From assembly GCA_963711565.1 (NCBI GenBank), contig CAVQEQ010000003.1, positions 192,001-256,000 of the forward strand: 64,000 bases of DNA, written 5' to 3'. The notes under the pieces are model-generated. The model was given only the letters and a program-made list of their open reading frames with translations. It ran no database searches and was not told the DNA's origin. Every line of letters begins with the position of its first letter. Position 1 is the first letter of the stretch. The position numbers and the translations under genes were made by a program. Source of the stretch: an uncultured delta proteobacterium (GTDB taxonomy: Bacteria > Desulfobacterota > Binatia > Binatales > Binataceae). Below are positions 48,796 to 57,528 of this stretch, in pieces.

Positions 48796-49109
48796 AGCTG
48801 TTCTCCGTTGTTGATGGCAGGAAAGGTGAATCTACAGCCGGAACAGATCTTTTTCTATGCAGGGTCAGACTGTTCCGCTGGCTGCCGTCGAGCCGCATTA
48901 CAGTTATCTGGCCAAGGACGCGCGACGCGGCGAGCCACCATAATCCCCGGCGCCGCCATCGGTATAGCCGCGCGTCTGATCAACCAGCGGTCAGGGTGAT
49001 ACGTTGTCGGGCATAGACCCGCGAGAAGCGCTCGAGCGCGCTGAGTGTGTATTGCCGGAGGCGGAGGCAGATAGGCCGTCGCACGTCCCGGCCAAGATGC
49101 TGGTCCTGG

Positions 49110-49757
49110 CTAAGGCGTCTGCTCGATGAAGGAAGACCTTATCGCATTAAGGCACCCGGCTGCCGGTAGGACCACCCCCCGGGGGAACCCGCCCTGATGC
49201 GGCGGGGTACCGGGAAGTGGCCCCACTCCTTCTGGCCCCGGACCGGGGGCCGCGAGAAGCCGGTTAGCAAGATTTTCGCGTTCATCTGCGGACATGGCGC
49301 TGATTCTCGTTGCCGCGCTGTCCTGCATTTTTTGTTTGAGATCACTCATAATCTTGTCGATGCTTCCGAAATGTGCGAGTACATCGGCCTTGGTCACGCT
49401 GCCCTGTTTCAGCTTTCCGGCAAATTCTTTGCGCAGATTGCCGATCCGGTCGAAGTTCTCCTGCAACGATGCAAGATTGTCTTTCATGTCTTGCGGGTGG
49501 AAAACGTCGTCCGGACCAAAGAATGGCGGCGGCGCACCCAGTTCGGGCCCACCCCCTAGCCTGCCGTCCGGCCGGACCCCCGCTAGAAAGGGAGCTGGTC
49601 CTATTCGTGGTCCATGGAACATCATCTCGCACGGCCCAAGGCTGCCATGATGACCGACTATAAGGCCGATCAGAAACACATTCAGAGCTGCGGATCCCAA
49701 CAAAAGTTTCGTGCTTCTCAGACCATTCACGTAAGCCCCCCTGTCATGGTTGTTCAC
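49110..49757 (-). CDS. Membrane-anchored periplasmic heavy-metal-sensor/Spy-like protein
   Basis: SAALNVFLIG anchor, helical bundle, MSADERENL. Confidence 0.65.
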   Translation of the reverse strand: MNNHDRGAYVNGLRSTKLLLGSAALNVFLIGLIVGHHGSLGPCEMMFHGPRIGPAPFLAGVRPDGRLGGGPELGAPPPFFGPDDVFHPQDMKDNLASLQENFDRIGNLRKEFAGKLKQGSVTKADVLAHFGSIDKIMSDLKQKMQDSAATRISAMSADERENLANRLLAAPGPGPEGVGPLPGTPPHQGGFPRGVVLPAAGCLNAIRSSFIEQTP

Positions 49758-50125
49758 AGCATAATTTCATAAGGCGAATCCGGACCCAGTATGATGAGGT
49801 CGGCATACCCTTTGCGATATTTCACCGCCTTGAAGTGTGCCGAACCCATGTCAGAATCCGTGAAGCTCGCCATTGCAGCATCGTGCCTGCTATCTCGTGT
49901 TTCTCCGATACCCAGCGTAAAACCAGATAGCCCGATCAAAAGATACAGCACCGCATACGCAAGCCGCGTCCAATATGGGTTTTGCTCCTGAATCTGATTG
50001 GCGGCAAGGTGGGTGGCCGGCAGGAACTCTGCAATTTCGATTGCCGCAAGCACCCGCTGAAATAGAGCTTCGTCCGCACCTGCGGCGGTATAGGTATCAA
50101 GCAGCCGATCTAGATCCTTATCCAT
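49754..50125 (-). CDS. Probable single-TM anti-sigma factor
   Basis: LDRLLD N-terminus, one TM, overlaps the sigma gene. Confidence 0.65.
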   Translation of the reverse strand: MDKDLDRLLDTYTAAGADEALFQRVLAAIEIAEFLPATHLAANQIQEQNPYWTRLAYAVLYLLIGLSGFTLGIGETRDSRHDAAMASFTDSDMGSAHFKAVKYRKGYADLIILGPDSPYEIML

Positions 50126-50675
50126 GCTTCTCCTCCTGTAAATTCTCTCTCAAATCCTGTTTCAGGTTCTGCCGAGCGCGATAGAGCAATTGTTCAAATG
50201 CGCCAAGCGGAAGCCCCATGACGTTTGCCGCCTCCTTGTTGCTGATCTGCTCGTAATAGCTGAGAATGATGGCTGCCCTCTGCCGTTCTCCTAAATCTCC
50301 TATCGCCCTGCGAACATGTGATCCGCGTTCGCGATCAATCAGAGTCTTTTCTGCGCCCGGTTTCTGGTCTTCGACCAAGTCCAGGTCGAGATTCGCGACA
50401 GGTACTTGACGGCGCTTGTGATCGATAGAGGCATTGAGCACCACTCGATAAAGCCAAGTCGAGAACTTCGCCTGCGGCTGCCAGCGCTCTGCTTCGTGCC
50501 AAATCTTGAAACATACGATCTGCGTTATATCTTCCGCATCCTGGCGATTTCCCACCATGCGCTCAGCAACGCGCACACACAAATCCATATATTTATGCAT
50601 CAACTCGCGATACGCGAGTTGATTCTTCTGCGCAATCTGCACGATCAAAAAGTGGTCGGCGTCAGAAAAGGGCAA
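50118..50675 (-). CDS. ECF RNA polymerase sigma factor
   Basis: DAEDITQ, FSTWLYRV, QRAAIILSYYE, LLYRAR. Confidence 0.9.
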   Translation of the reverse strand: MPFSDADHFLIVQIAQKNQLAYRELMHKYMDLCVRVAERMVGNRQDAEDITQIVCFKIWHEAERWQPQAKFSTWLYRVVLNASIDHKRRQVPVANLDLDLVEDQKPGAEKTLIDRERGSHVRRAIGDLGERQRAAIILSYYEQISNKEAANVMGLPLGAFEQLLYRARQNLKQDLRENLQEEKHG

Positions 50676-50719
50676 ACACCTGTCTCCTCAGCTCTCCTGC
50701 GCAGACTGCTGTTTCTTTT

Positions 50720-50744
50720 AACGAGTGCCGCGCGAAAACCTTAC
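50720..50744 (-). promoter_or_regulatory. Candidate autoregulatory ECF promoter
   Basis: GTAAG-N16-CGTT upstream of the sigma gene. Confidence 0.5.
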
Positions 50745-51020
50745 GCGACAATTTCTCTTTTGCGCACTAAAGGCACAAAATGAATTTAACGGTAAATGCC
50801 TTTTCGAAAGGACTACAGATTTTATTATCTTTTGAACTGACTACGACAGCTAGCCGACAAAAGAGAACCCAGCACGCCAAATAACGCACACCCGTTTCGG
50901 AAGAGCATCAATAAAGCACCCGGCGTATATCATGGAACGAAAGAAGAGACGAGGCGAGGTGGCCCCGTCTCTTCTCCGCAGTCCGGCACTTCCTTACATC
51001 AAAGCCACCTGGGGGGAGGA

Positions 51021-52013
51021 TCAGGCTGAGATGCCTCCTAGGCTGGAAGTGCTTTGTTGGCTAAATTGACTTAGCCAATTCTGAGCCGAACTGGATTGTG
51101 TCGCGGAGCCAGAAGATGTAAGCATACCAAATAGTTGTTGTAATTCCGCGATCAACTCAGTGTCTGTCGAAGGCGTAGAGTTTGTACTGGAGTCTGTAGA
51201 AGACGTAGAGTCTGTAGAAGACGTAGAACCTGTATTAGAGGATGTTGTATCAGTTGAAGCACTCGTGCTGGAAGTTGAGTTGCCTGATGTCGCGCTGTCA
51301 GTCGCATCCGCTCCGGAAGAAAGTGCATTAACCAACTGCTGTAACGCCGCGATCAGATTAGCATCGCTAGAAGAAGTAGTGTTTGCACCAGTTGAAGCAC
51401 CTGGGCTGGAAGCTGCTGCGGTTGATGTGGTGCTATCGGTATTGTTATCAGCCATCGTCGGCGGTGGCGGCATCATGCCGGGTGGCATTCCCTGCATCAT
51501 TGCGGAGGCCAGCTGACTTTCCGTTATCGAGTCAGAGTTACTGTTTCCGCTGATTGCGGAAAACATCGTGTCCGCTTCCGCCTGAGTGCCTCCGTTGTTC
51601 TCGATGAAGCTTTCAAACTCCGTTTTTGAAACGCTGCCATCGCCATTGGTATCCATCGCAGCGTACAGTTGCTGAGCAGGCGATTGCTGCGTGGATGTGC
51701 CGGAAGTGCTGCTGGTGGAATCACTATTACCGCTTGCGTTGGTGGTGCTGCTACTCGTAGCGGATGTACTGGAATCTTCCTCCTGCAATTGCAGAAGAAG
51801 ATCCATGATAGCGCCACTGATCTGTGTCGTGCCGCCAGTATAGCCCTGTGCCTGCGTTGTTGAGCTGTCACTGGCGCCGGCGGCACTACAGGTACTTGTA
51901 GACTCGGCGTCAGAATCGCTATCGGTTTCTGATGCTTGATCGAGTTGGCCGTAAAGCTGCGAGAGTACCTGACTAAGGTTGATTGAACCGGAAGTTATGG
52001 AATCGATGGACAT
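51021..52013 (-). CDS. Ser/Thr-rich EF-hand protein without a Sec signal peptide
   Basis: DTNGDGSVSKTEFE EF-hand, repeated LIAxLQQL helices, 18-bp tandem repeat at 51190-51225, GGAGG RBS. Confidence 0.8.
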   Translation of the reverse strand: MSIDSITSGSINLSQVLSQLYGQLDQASETDSDSDAESTSTCSAAGASDSSTTQAQGYTGGTTQISGAIMDLLLQLQEEDSSTSATSSSTTNASGNSDSTSSTSGTSTQQSPAQQLYAAMDTNGDGSVSKTEFESFIENNGGTQAEADTMFSAISGNSNSDSITESQLASAMMQGMPPGMMPPPPTMADNNTDSTTSTAAASSPGASTGANTTSSSDANLIAALQQLVNALSSGADATDSATSGNSTSSTSASTDTTSSNTGSTSSTDSTSSTDSSTNSTPSTDTELIAELQQLFGMLTSSGSATQSSSAQNWLSQFSQQSTSSLGGISA

Positions 52014-52129
52014 GGCTCTGCCTCCGTTGGAACGATGGATATATGCGCCGACCAAACTTCTCGGGCAGGTGCAAGGCTGCGAGCAGTCAGACGATCCTCG
52101 TCCGACAGGGTCCTCTCGAGGCATCATGG

Positions 52130-52144
52130 GCAAATTTCGTGCCG
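52130..52144 (-). promoter_or_regulatory. Sigma54-type promoter for the EF-hand gene
   Basis: CGGCACG-AAAT-TTGC (GG-N10-GC). Confidence 0.6.
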
Positions 52145-52522
52145 CAGAAATGTACGTGTGAAATCATGCGCGTAGAGTTTTTGAAGCGGCAACCACAATC
52201 CGAGTTCTGGCAAAATGTGCCGCGCGATTTCTGAGGTGGTTCACTTTCCGGCTATTGTTGTTCATGAAAGGGGTGTGTGTTGCTGGCGCCCGCGTAACAT
52301 TTATGTCGATGCGACACACAATCAAATAAGTGCGCAAGAAAAGTGGATTCCACCTTGGTGGTCTAAACAACGCGCCAGGCTTCAATGCATACTAACTAGG
52401 CATTTGGTGTTATCGGCAGGTTTATCACGGCAATGGCAAACGACTAGGCAAATCAGGCTTAGTGTCAGCTTACTCAGCTTTGCTCTTTCCTACTAAGCGT
52501 TTGATTTACTTGATGTGTGGGC

Positions 52523-52539
52523 TTGGCAACAGTCTTGCT
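52523..52539 (+). promoter_or_regulatory. Sigma54-type promoter for the flgD unit
   Basis: TTGGCAACAGTCTTGCT (GG-N10-GC). Confidence 0.65.
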
Positions 52540-52597
52540 GCGGTTCACTCAAGGTATGTGTGTGCCAGGACTGTGGCATTTTGAGAGGGAGCGAAGC

Positions 52598-52726
52598 ATG
52601 AACATTGAAAGCGCGGATGAGTATTACCTCACCGACCCCGAGCCGCTTGAAACATACGAACTGCTCGACTGCACTGACATAAATGCTCTTAACGAGTGTC
52701 TAGATCGGGCGCACATGCCAGATTGA
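52598..52726 (+). CDS. 42-aa acidic hypothetical peptide
   Basis: ATG with GAGGGAG RBS between the sigma54 motif and flgD. Confidence 0.4.
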   Translation: MNIESADEYYLTDPEPLETYELLDCTDINALNECLDRAHMPD

Positions 52727-52798
52727 GCAAATGCGCCAGAGCAAGAGTTCATCATATCGGCAACGATACGATGATTTAGGGAAGGAAGGAACGAGACC

Positions 52799-53605
52799 AT
52801 GACGATCAGCGAAATCTCCTACAGTACCGCTACTTCGGCGGGAACCTCTGCTAGCAGCGCCGCCAGCAGCGCCACGACCAGCGCCTCTGGCAGCGCGACA
52901 TCTAATCCTCTGGCGTCGCTGAGTGACGATTTCAACACATTTCTGCAATTGCTAACTACGCAGTTGCAGAACCAGGACCCGCTCTCGCCTGAAGATCCGG
53001 ATCAGTTCACCCAGGAACTCGTTGAAATGACGGGCGTCGAACAACAGATCACCGGCAATGGCGATCTCAGCCAACTCGTTACTCTTTCGCAAAGCAACGC
53101 CTCGGCAACCTATATGGGTTTTATTGGCCAGACGGTCACCACGCCCAGCAGTCAGATTGCGCTCGAAAATGGCTCCGCCCAGTTCTCCTATACCCTGCCA
53201 AGCGAAGCCTCCAACGTGACCATCTCGATAGAAGACAGCAACGGCAACACGGTCGCAACTCTAACGCCTGGCAGCGATGCCGCCGGCACGTATGACAAGA
53301 ATTGGGACGGCACCTCCGATAGTGGCACCACGGAATCGAGTGGCAGCTACACAGTCAGCGTCTCCGCCACGGACGCAAACGGTGACGCGATTAGCAGCAC
53401 TTCGACCCAAATCATCGGAACCGTCACCGGCGTACAAACCAGTTCGTCGGGCTCGGCCATACTCGATATCGGCCCGGTTTCGGTTGCAGCCAGCTCTGTG
53501 ACCGATGTCGGCAGCGACACCAGCACAACGAGCACCACCACTACGAGCAGCGCCGTCAGTACTCTGGCAAGCCAGCTTACCAGCGATCTTGAGAGCGATC
53601 TCTAG
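52799..53605 (+). CDS. flgD: Flagellar hook-capping protein FlgD (orphan copy)
   Basis: FLQLLTTQLQNQDPLSP, VEQQ, WDGT...G...SGSYT Ig domain. Confidence 0.88.
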   Translation: MTISEISYSTATSAGTSASSAASSATTSASGSATSNPLASLSDDFNTFLQLLTTQLQNQDPLSPEDPDQFTQELVEMTGVEQQITGNGDLSQLVTLSQSNASATYMGFIGQTVTTPSSQIALENGSAQFSYTLPSEASNVTISIEDSNGNTVATLTPGSDAAGTYDKNWDGTSDSGTTESSGSYTVSVSATDANGDAISSTSTQIIGTVTGVQTSSSGSAILDIGPVSVAASSVTDVGSDTSTTSTTTTSSAVSTLASQLTSDLESDL

Positions 53606-53660
53606 CAGTCTAGTTCAGCACTGTCCTCTCGGCCATCAACTTATACGATCAACAACATCG

Positions 53661-54140
53661 CTACTGCAGTTGGAGATCGAAAGTTCCTTTGCCATTGCAG
53701 TGCTTATGATTTCCCTTGACCAGAAACGTGCCCGACATCGTGTCACCGTCAACCGTCGCCATGACGGCAGCGGTGCATTTGTGCTCGGTTCCACCGGTAG
53801 TATGAAACGTAAGCGTAAGGTCGTTTCCAGAGATTTTGCCTGCGAGTTTTCCGACAGGCGTCTCGTCGCCGGCCGTTATGCTGAACGTACCGTCGATCGT
53901 TTTTTTATGCTGAGTAAGATCCAGGGTCATAGGACCTGAGCCGCTTCCTTGGTCACCTTCGTCCAGAGTGTCAGTGCCACTCCAAGTACCCGCGACTTGT
54001 GTGATCGGCCCCGTCTCCCTCGCCTCGTACGTGCTTGATTCGTCAGCGTCCTGAGCACGGCCTGCGGTCTGGCAAAGCACCGCCAACAGCATCGACGCGG
54101 CGGCGAGGGTGGCTGGAACAAGTGTGATGGGGAACTTCAT
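53661..54140 (-). CDS. Secreted beta-barrel-like hypothetical protein
   Basis: Signal peptide, VAGTWSGT, two Cys. Confidence 0.7.
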   Translation of the reverse strand: MKFPITLVPATLAAASMLLAVLCQTAGRAQDADESSTYEARETGPITQVAGTWSGTDTLDEGDQGSGSGPMTLDLTQHKKTIDGTFSITAGDETPVGKLAGKISGNDLTLTFHTTGGTEHKCTAAVMATVDGDTMSGTFLVKGNHKHCNGKGTFDLQLQ

Positions 54141-54200
54141 CTAATTCTTACCGAGTTTAACCTGCTCAAAGGCAGAGACATGCAACCGTTGAGAATCGCG

Positions 54201-54404
54201 CTACTTCTCAGCGCTGAAACAAGGCGTTACAACGCTACCGGATGTGTTGGCATCACTGCTTATCTGCGTCCTATAAGCCTTACAATCGGATTCAGCCTTA
54301 AAAGGTCCGACCTGAGTGAACGGAGCATAGCCGGTGTTCCAGCTAATCAGAAAGTACCAAACAAACACGAGCGCTGTGGCATTGCGTAGGAGTTTCGTCT
54401 TCAT
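54201..54404 (-). CDS. Small secreted/membrane protein with two Cys
   Basis: Hydrophobic N-terminus, GPFKAESDC...TPC, GAGG RBS. Confidence 0.55.
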   Translation of the reverse strand: MKTKLLRNATALVFVWYFLISWNTGYAPFTQVGPFKAESDCKAYRTQISSDANTSGSVVTPCFSAEK

Positions 54405-54510
54405 TCTTCCTCTTGTTGCTGCGTTGCAATTTTAAGACTGGTAGAAGAGGTCCTTCGGCCGATTTGGGAGAATTTTAGATTTTGCCTCCAGGGGATACTT
54501 ACCACCAACA

Positions 54511-56908
54511 TCAATGCAGGGGGGGAACCTCGGTCGTGTTGAACGGCGTATCGCCGCTGTTAGAAGTGCCCGGTTCCGCGGCTCCACTGTCTGGCTCCGT
54601 GCTTGGAGGAGCATCGTACGGAGCATTCAAGTCGGCCGCAGGCGGAACAGGAATAGAAAAGCTCGGCTTGTAGAGCTCGCGGATCTGCGAAGCAGGCATA
54701 TCGTGAATCTCTTTGCGGCCTAGCGAGCTGACCAACTTCTGGCGTTCGTCCAGAGCTAGTGAGCGGAGATCCGATTTGGTGCGAATGATGTGTGGAGTAA
54801 CGAATACGATGAGATTCGTCTTATCCTTTTCTTTGGACTTGTCCGAGAACAGATTCCCGATGACCGGTACTTCGGAAAGAAACGGAATGCCTTGGTTGGT
54901 ATTCTCGTCGTCGCTCAAGAGTAGGCCGCCAATCACGGCAGTCCGATGATCCTGTACGTAGATGGTCGTCGACGCGGACCGCAGAGTCGTGGTTGGGCCG
55001 TTGGTATTGTTCGCCGTTCCGCTCACAACATTTGACACTTCCTCGTACATATCAATCTTCACGTAGTCGCCGGATGTGACTTGAGGAACCACGTCGAGTG
55101 TGATGCCCACGTTCTGCCTCTGCACGGAGTTGAATATTTCCCCCGAAACCGCTGAATTGGCCGATGACGATGAAACAAAAGGCAGGTTCTCGCCGACCAC
55201 GATCATTGCCTCTTCGTTGTCTGCCGTAAGCAGGGTCGGGGCAGAAAGCACATTCGAATGTGTATCTGCCTGGAGAGCATTAATTAACGCCACGTCACAT
55301 GGAACGGTGACGTAGTCCGAACTACTCGACGAAGTGCTACTCGAACTTGAGGAGGTTGACACTTTGCATTTGCTTCCCGATGCGATTCCGAAACTCAGGC
55401 CAGTTAGCGACAGGGGATCGGTAAGTGCGCTCGACAGGGTGCCGAAGTTCAGCGATCCGACTCCGATCGCACTTCCGCCACCAGCGGCAGCGTTATATTG
55501 AACGCCAAGTTCTCGCTGATGCTGCTGGGAAATCTCGACAATGATGGCCTGTATGAACACCTGCACGCGGGGAACGTCGAGCTCATCTATGACTTGTCGC
55601 AGCGTCTGCCAATCCTGTGGCGCGGCGGTTACCACCAACGCATTGGTCGCGGGATCTGCCGCGATGTTAACCGGATAGCTGAAGTCCATGCTCTTCCCGC
55701 TACTGCTGGCCGTTGCAGACCCGCTGCTGGCGTTCGACGAACCGCCCCCGCGCATCCCACCGAAACCACCGCTCCCGCCGGTTCCGCCCAAGCTGCCGCC
55801 ACCGCTTGTGCTGCCGAAGCTGGAGCTGCCGGACGTGCTGCTGCCACCGAGTCCACTCATCCCGCCGAATCCGGAGTTACCGTTGGAAGCGTCGTTGAAG
55901 CTGGAGCGGCCAAGGGATCCCTTGCCGGTGGTGGGCGAGAGCGTAGTTGGACCGCTACCGCCGTTGAGAAGGTTGTTGAGCACCTGGACCATCTCGAGCG
56001 CTTGCGCGTTCTTGAGTCGATAGACGTGGATACGCGAGGTGGCCAAGGGAGGATTGACGTTCGAGCTTCTGCACGATTTCCTGGATCTCGCGCATCTGCA
56101 CCGGCGGCGCGGCCACGATGAGGCAATTGGTGCGCTCGTCAGGAATCACTTTGTAACCCATGGCTGTACCGGTGCTCGAGGGCGCTACGCCCATTTGGGG
56201 CCGTATCCCTGTCTGCGAGGCGCCGGAGGTGCCGCCCATCTTGGCGGTCATAAGCGCGTCGATCTCGGGCGCGAGCTCGGTGGCAAATGCGAGCTTGAGC
56301 GGAATAACGACAATGGACTGCTGCTCGCCGCGCACGTCGAGGCTGCCGATGATGTCGAGCAGGCGCTCAACGTTATAGGCGTCGTCGGTGACGATAATCG
56401 TGTTGTCTTGCGGAAATGCGGCAATCAGGCCGTCGTGCGAGACCATCGGCTGTATCGCGCTGATGACGGAAGCGGCGTCGATATTCTTAAGCCGCACCAT
56501 CCGCGTGACGTACTCGTCGCCAGTACCTTGGGAGGGAGTTTGCGACTCGGTAAGCTCGGCTGACGAGCGGACATTGCGGGCGGGAACGATTTTGATGATT
56601 TTGCCAGCTTGTACGGTCGTGAAACCCTTCACCTGCAGGACCGACTGAAAGATTGAATAAGCTTGCTCGGGCGTGACCTTGCTCGGCGAGATGATGGTGA
56701 CTTTGCCGCGCACGGATTCATCGATGATGAAATTGCGGCCGGTGATCTCACTGATGAATTTGGCCAACACGGGAATATCCACGTTTTGGAAGTTCATCGT
56801 AATTGTGTTGTTGGGCGAGAGCGGTTGAGTATCGGCAGCTTCGGACCCAAGCGCTATCAAACCAAGTAATACAGTCGCGACTGTAGCCCGGAAAAAAAGG
56901 CTCGTCAT
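54511..56908 (-). pseudogene. gspD: Type II secretion secretin GspD, split by a +1 frameshift at about 56060
   Basis: MNFQNVDI (N0), RIHVYRLKNA, QVFIQAIIVE, VLSAPTLLTADNEEA, GIPFLSEVPVIGNLF. Removing one A restores KLDVNPPLATSRIH. Confidence 0.85.
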
Positions 56909-57000
56909 AAAAACATCTCCACCTTGCTGAGAAGCGCTTCGGTGCTTTTGGTTGACGCCTGCTCGAAGGCGCACCTTCACTTCACCGCTTCGAGTTGGGA

Positions 57001-57027
57001 GACGCGCGCGATCGCAGAAAGTTGCGC
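57001..57027 (-). promoter_or_regulatory. ECF-type promoter of gspD
   Basis: GCGCAAC-N16-CGTC. Confidence 0.7.
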
Positions 57028-57174
57028 AGCAAAATTCTGAAAGGGCCGAGCGAGACAATTTTGGGGAAAATGGTGCGATTGAGCCTCGGTGGCCGTGACA
57101 GGACTTAATCAACGCCGCGGGGATTCGAGTCCACCGACCAGTTTTTGGTCACGGGCGGTCGCGCACGCGCAGCA

Positions 57175-57201
57175 GCGCAACTAAATCATCTTTGGAGCGT
57201 C
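57175..57201 (+). promoter_or_regulatory. ECF-type promoter of the HTH-tolC-macAB operon
   Basis: GCGCAAC-N16-CGTC. Confidence 0.7.
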
Positions 57202-57264
57202 ATGCATTCTGATCGTGGAGCGGCGACAAATGAGATTCCGCGGCAACTACCAGGACAACGAAAC

Positions 57265-57528
57265 GTGACCAATCCCGGTTTACGACAATCACATTCGATC
57301 TGGACGGTGCGCGATGTCGTAACATATTTGCGAATCAGTAAGAGCGAGATTTATCGGATGGCGAAACGGGGGGCATTGCCTTGCTTTCGCATCGGCGGAC
57401 AACTGCGGTTCCCAGCCAGCGAAATAGTGAAGTGGTCGAGCGAGTCGAGCGAAGAAAAGAAATCTACAAAGACGGCAGAAATTAAATCGGCCGAGTTCCT
57501 GAGCGGAATCGTGGCAAAGTACCTTTGA
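57265..57528 (+). CDS. Excisionase-family HTH_17 DNA-binding protein
   Basis: WTVRDVVTYLRISKSEIYRMA...LPCFRIGGQLRF. Confidence 0.8.
   Translation: MTNPGLRQSHSIWTVRDVVTYLRISKSEIYRMAKRGALPCFRIGGQLRFPASEIVKWSSESSEEKKSTKTAEIKSAEFLSGIVAKYL

Larger units (their letters stand above)
47325..48909 (-). mobile_element. IS1111-type insertion sequence (IS110 family)
   Basis: Sub-terminal IRs TAATGCGG(C/T)TCG at 48889-48900 and 47329-47340, AGA core at both junctions, TTGACG inside the right end, long non-coding region 3' of the recombinase. Confidence 0.88.

Noticed and set aside
51190-51225. 18-bp tandem repeat as a separate element
   Set aside because: It is an in-frame low-complexity expansion (STSSTD) within the EF-hand gene.
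52799-56908. Complete flagellar or type II secretion gene cluster
   Set aside because: Only flgD and gspD are present, with no ATPase, pseudopilin, hook or export-gate genes in the window.
57265-57528. The island's recombination directionality factor
   Set aside because: It has an excisionase-like fold but lies 11 kb from att, is coupled to tolC and sits behind the ECF motif, so a regulatory role is more likely. Not excluded.
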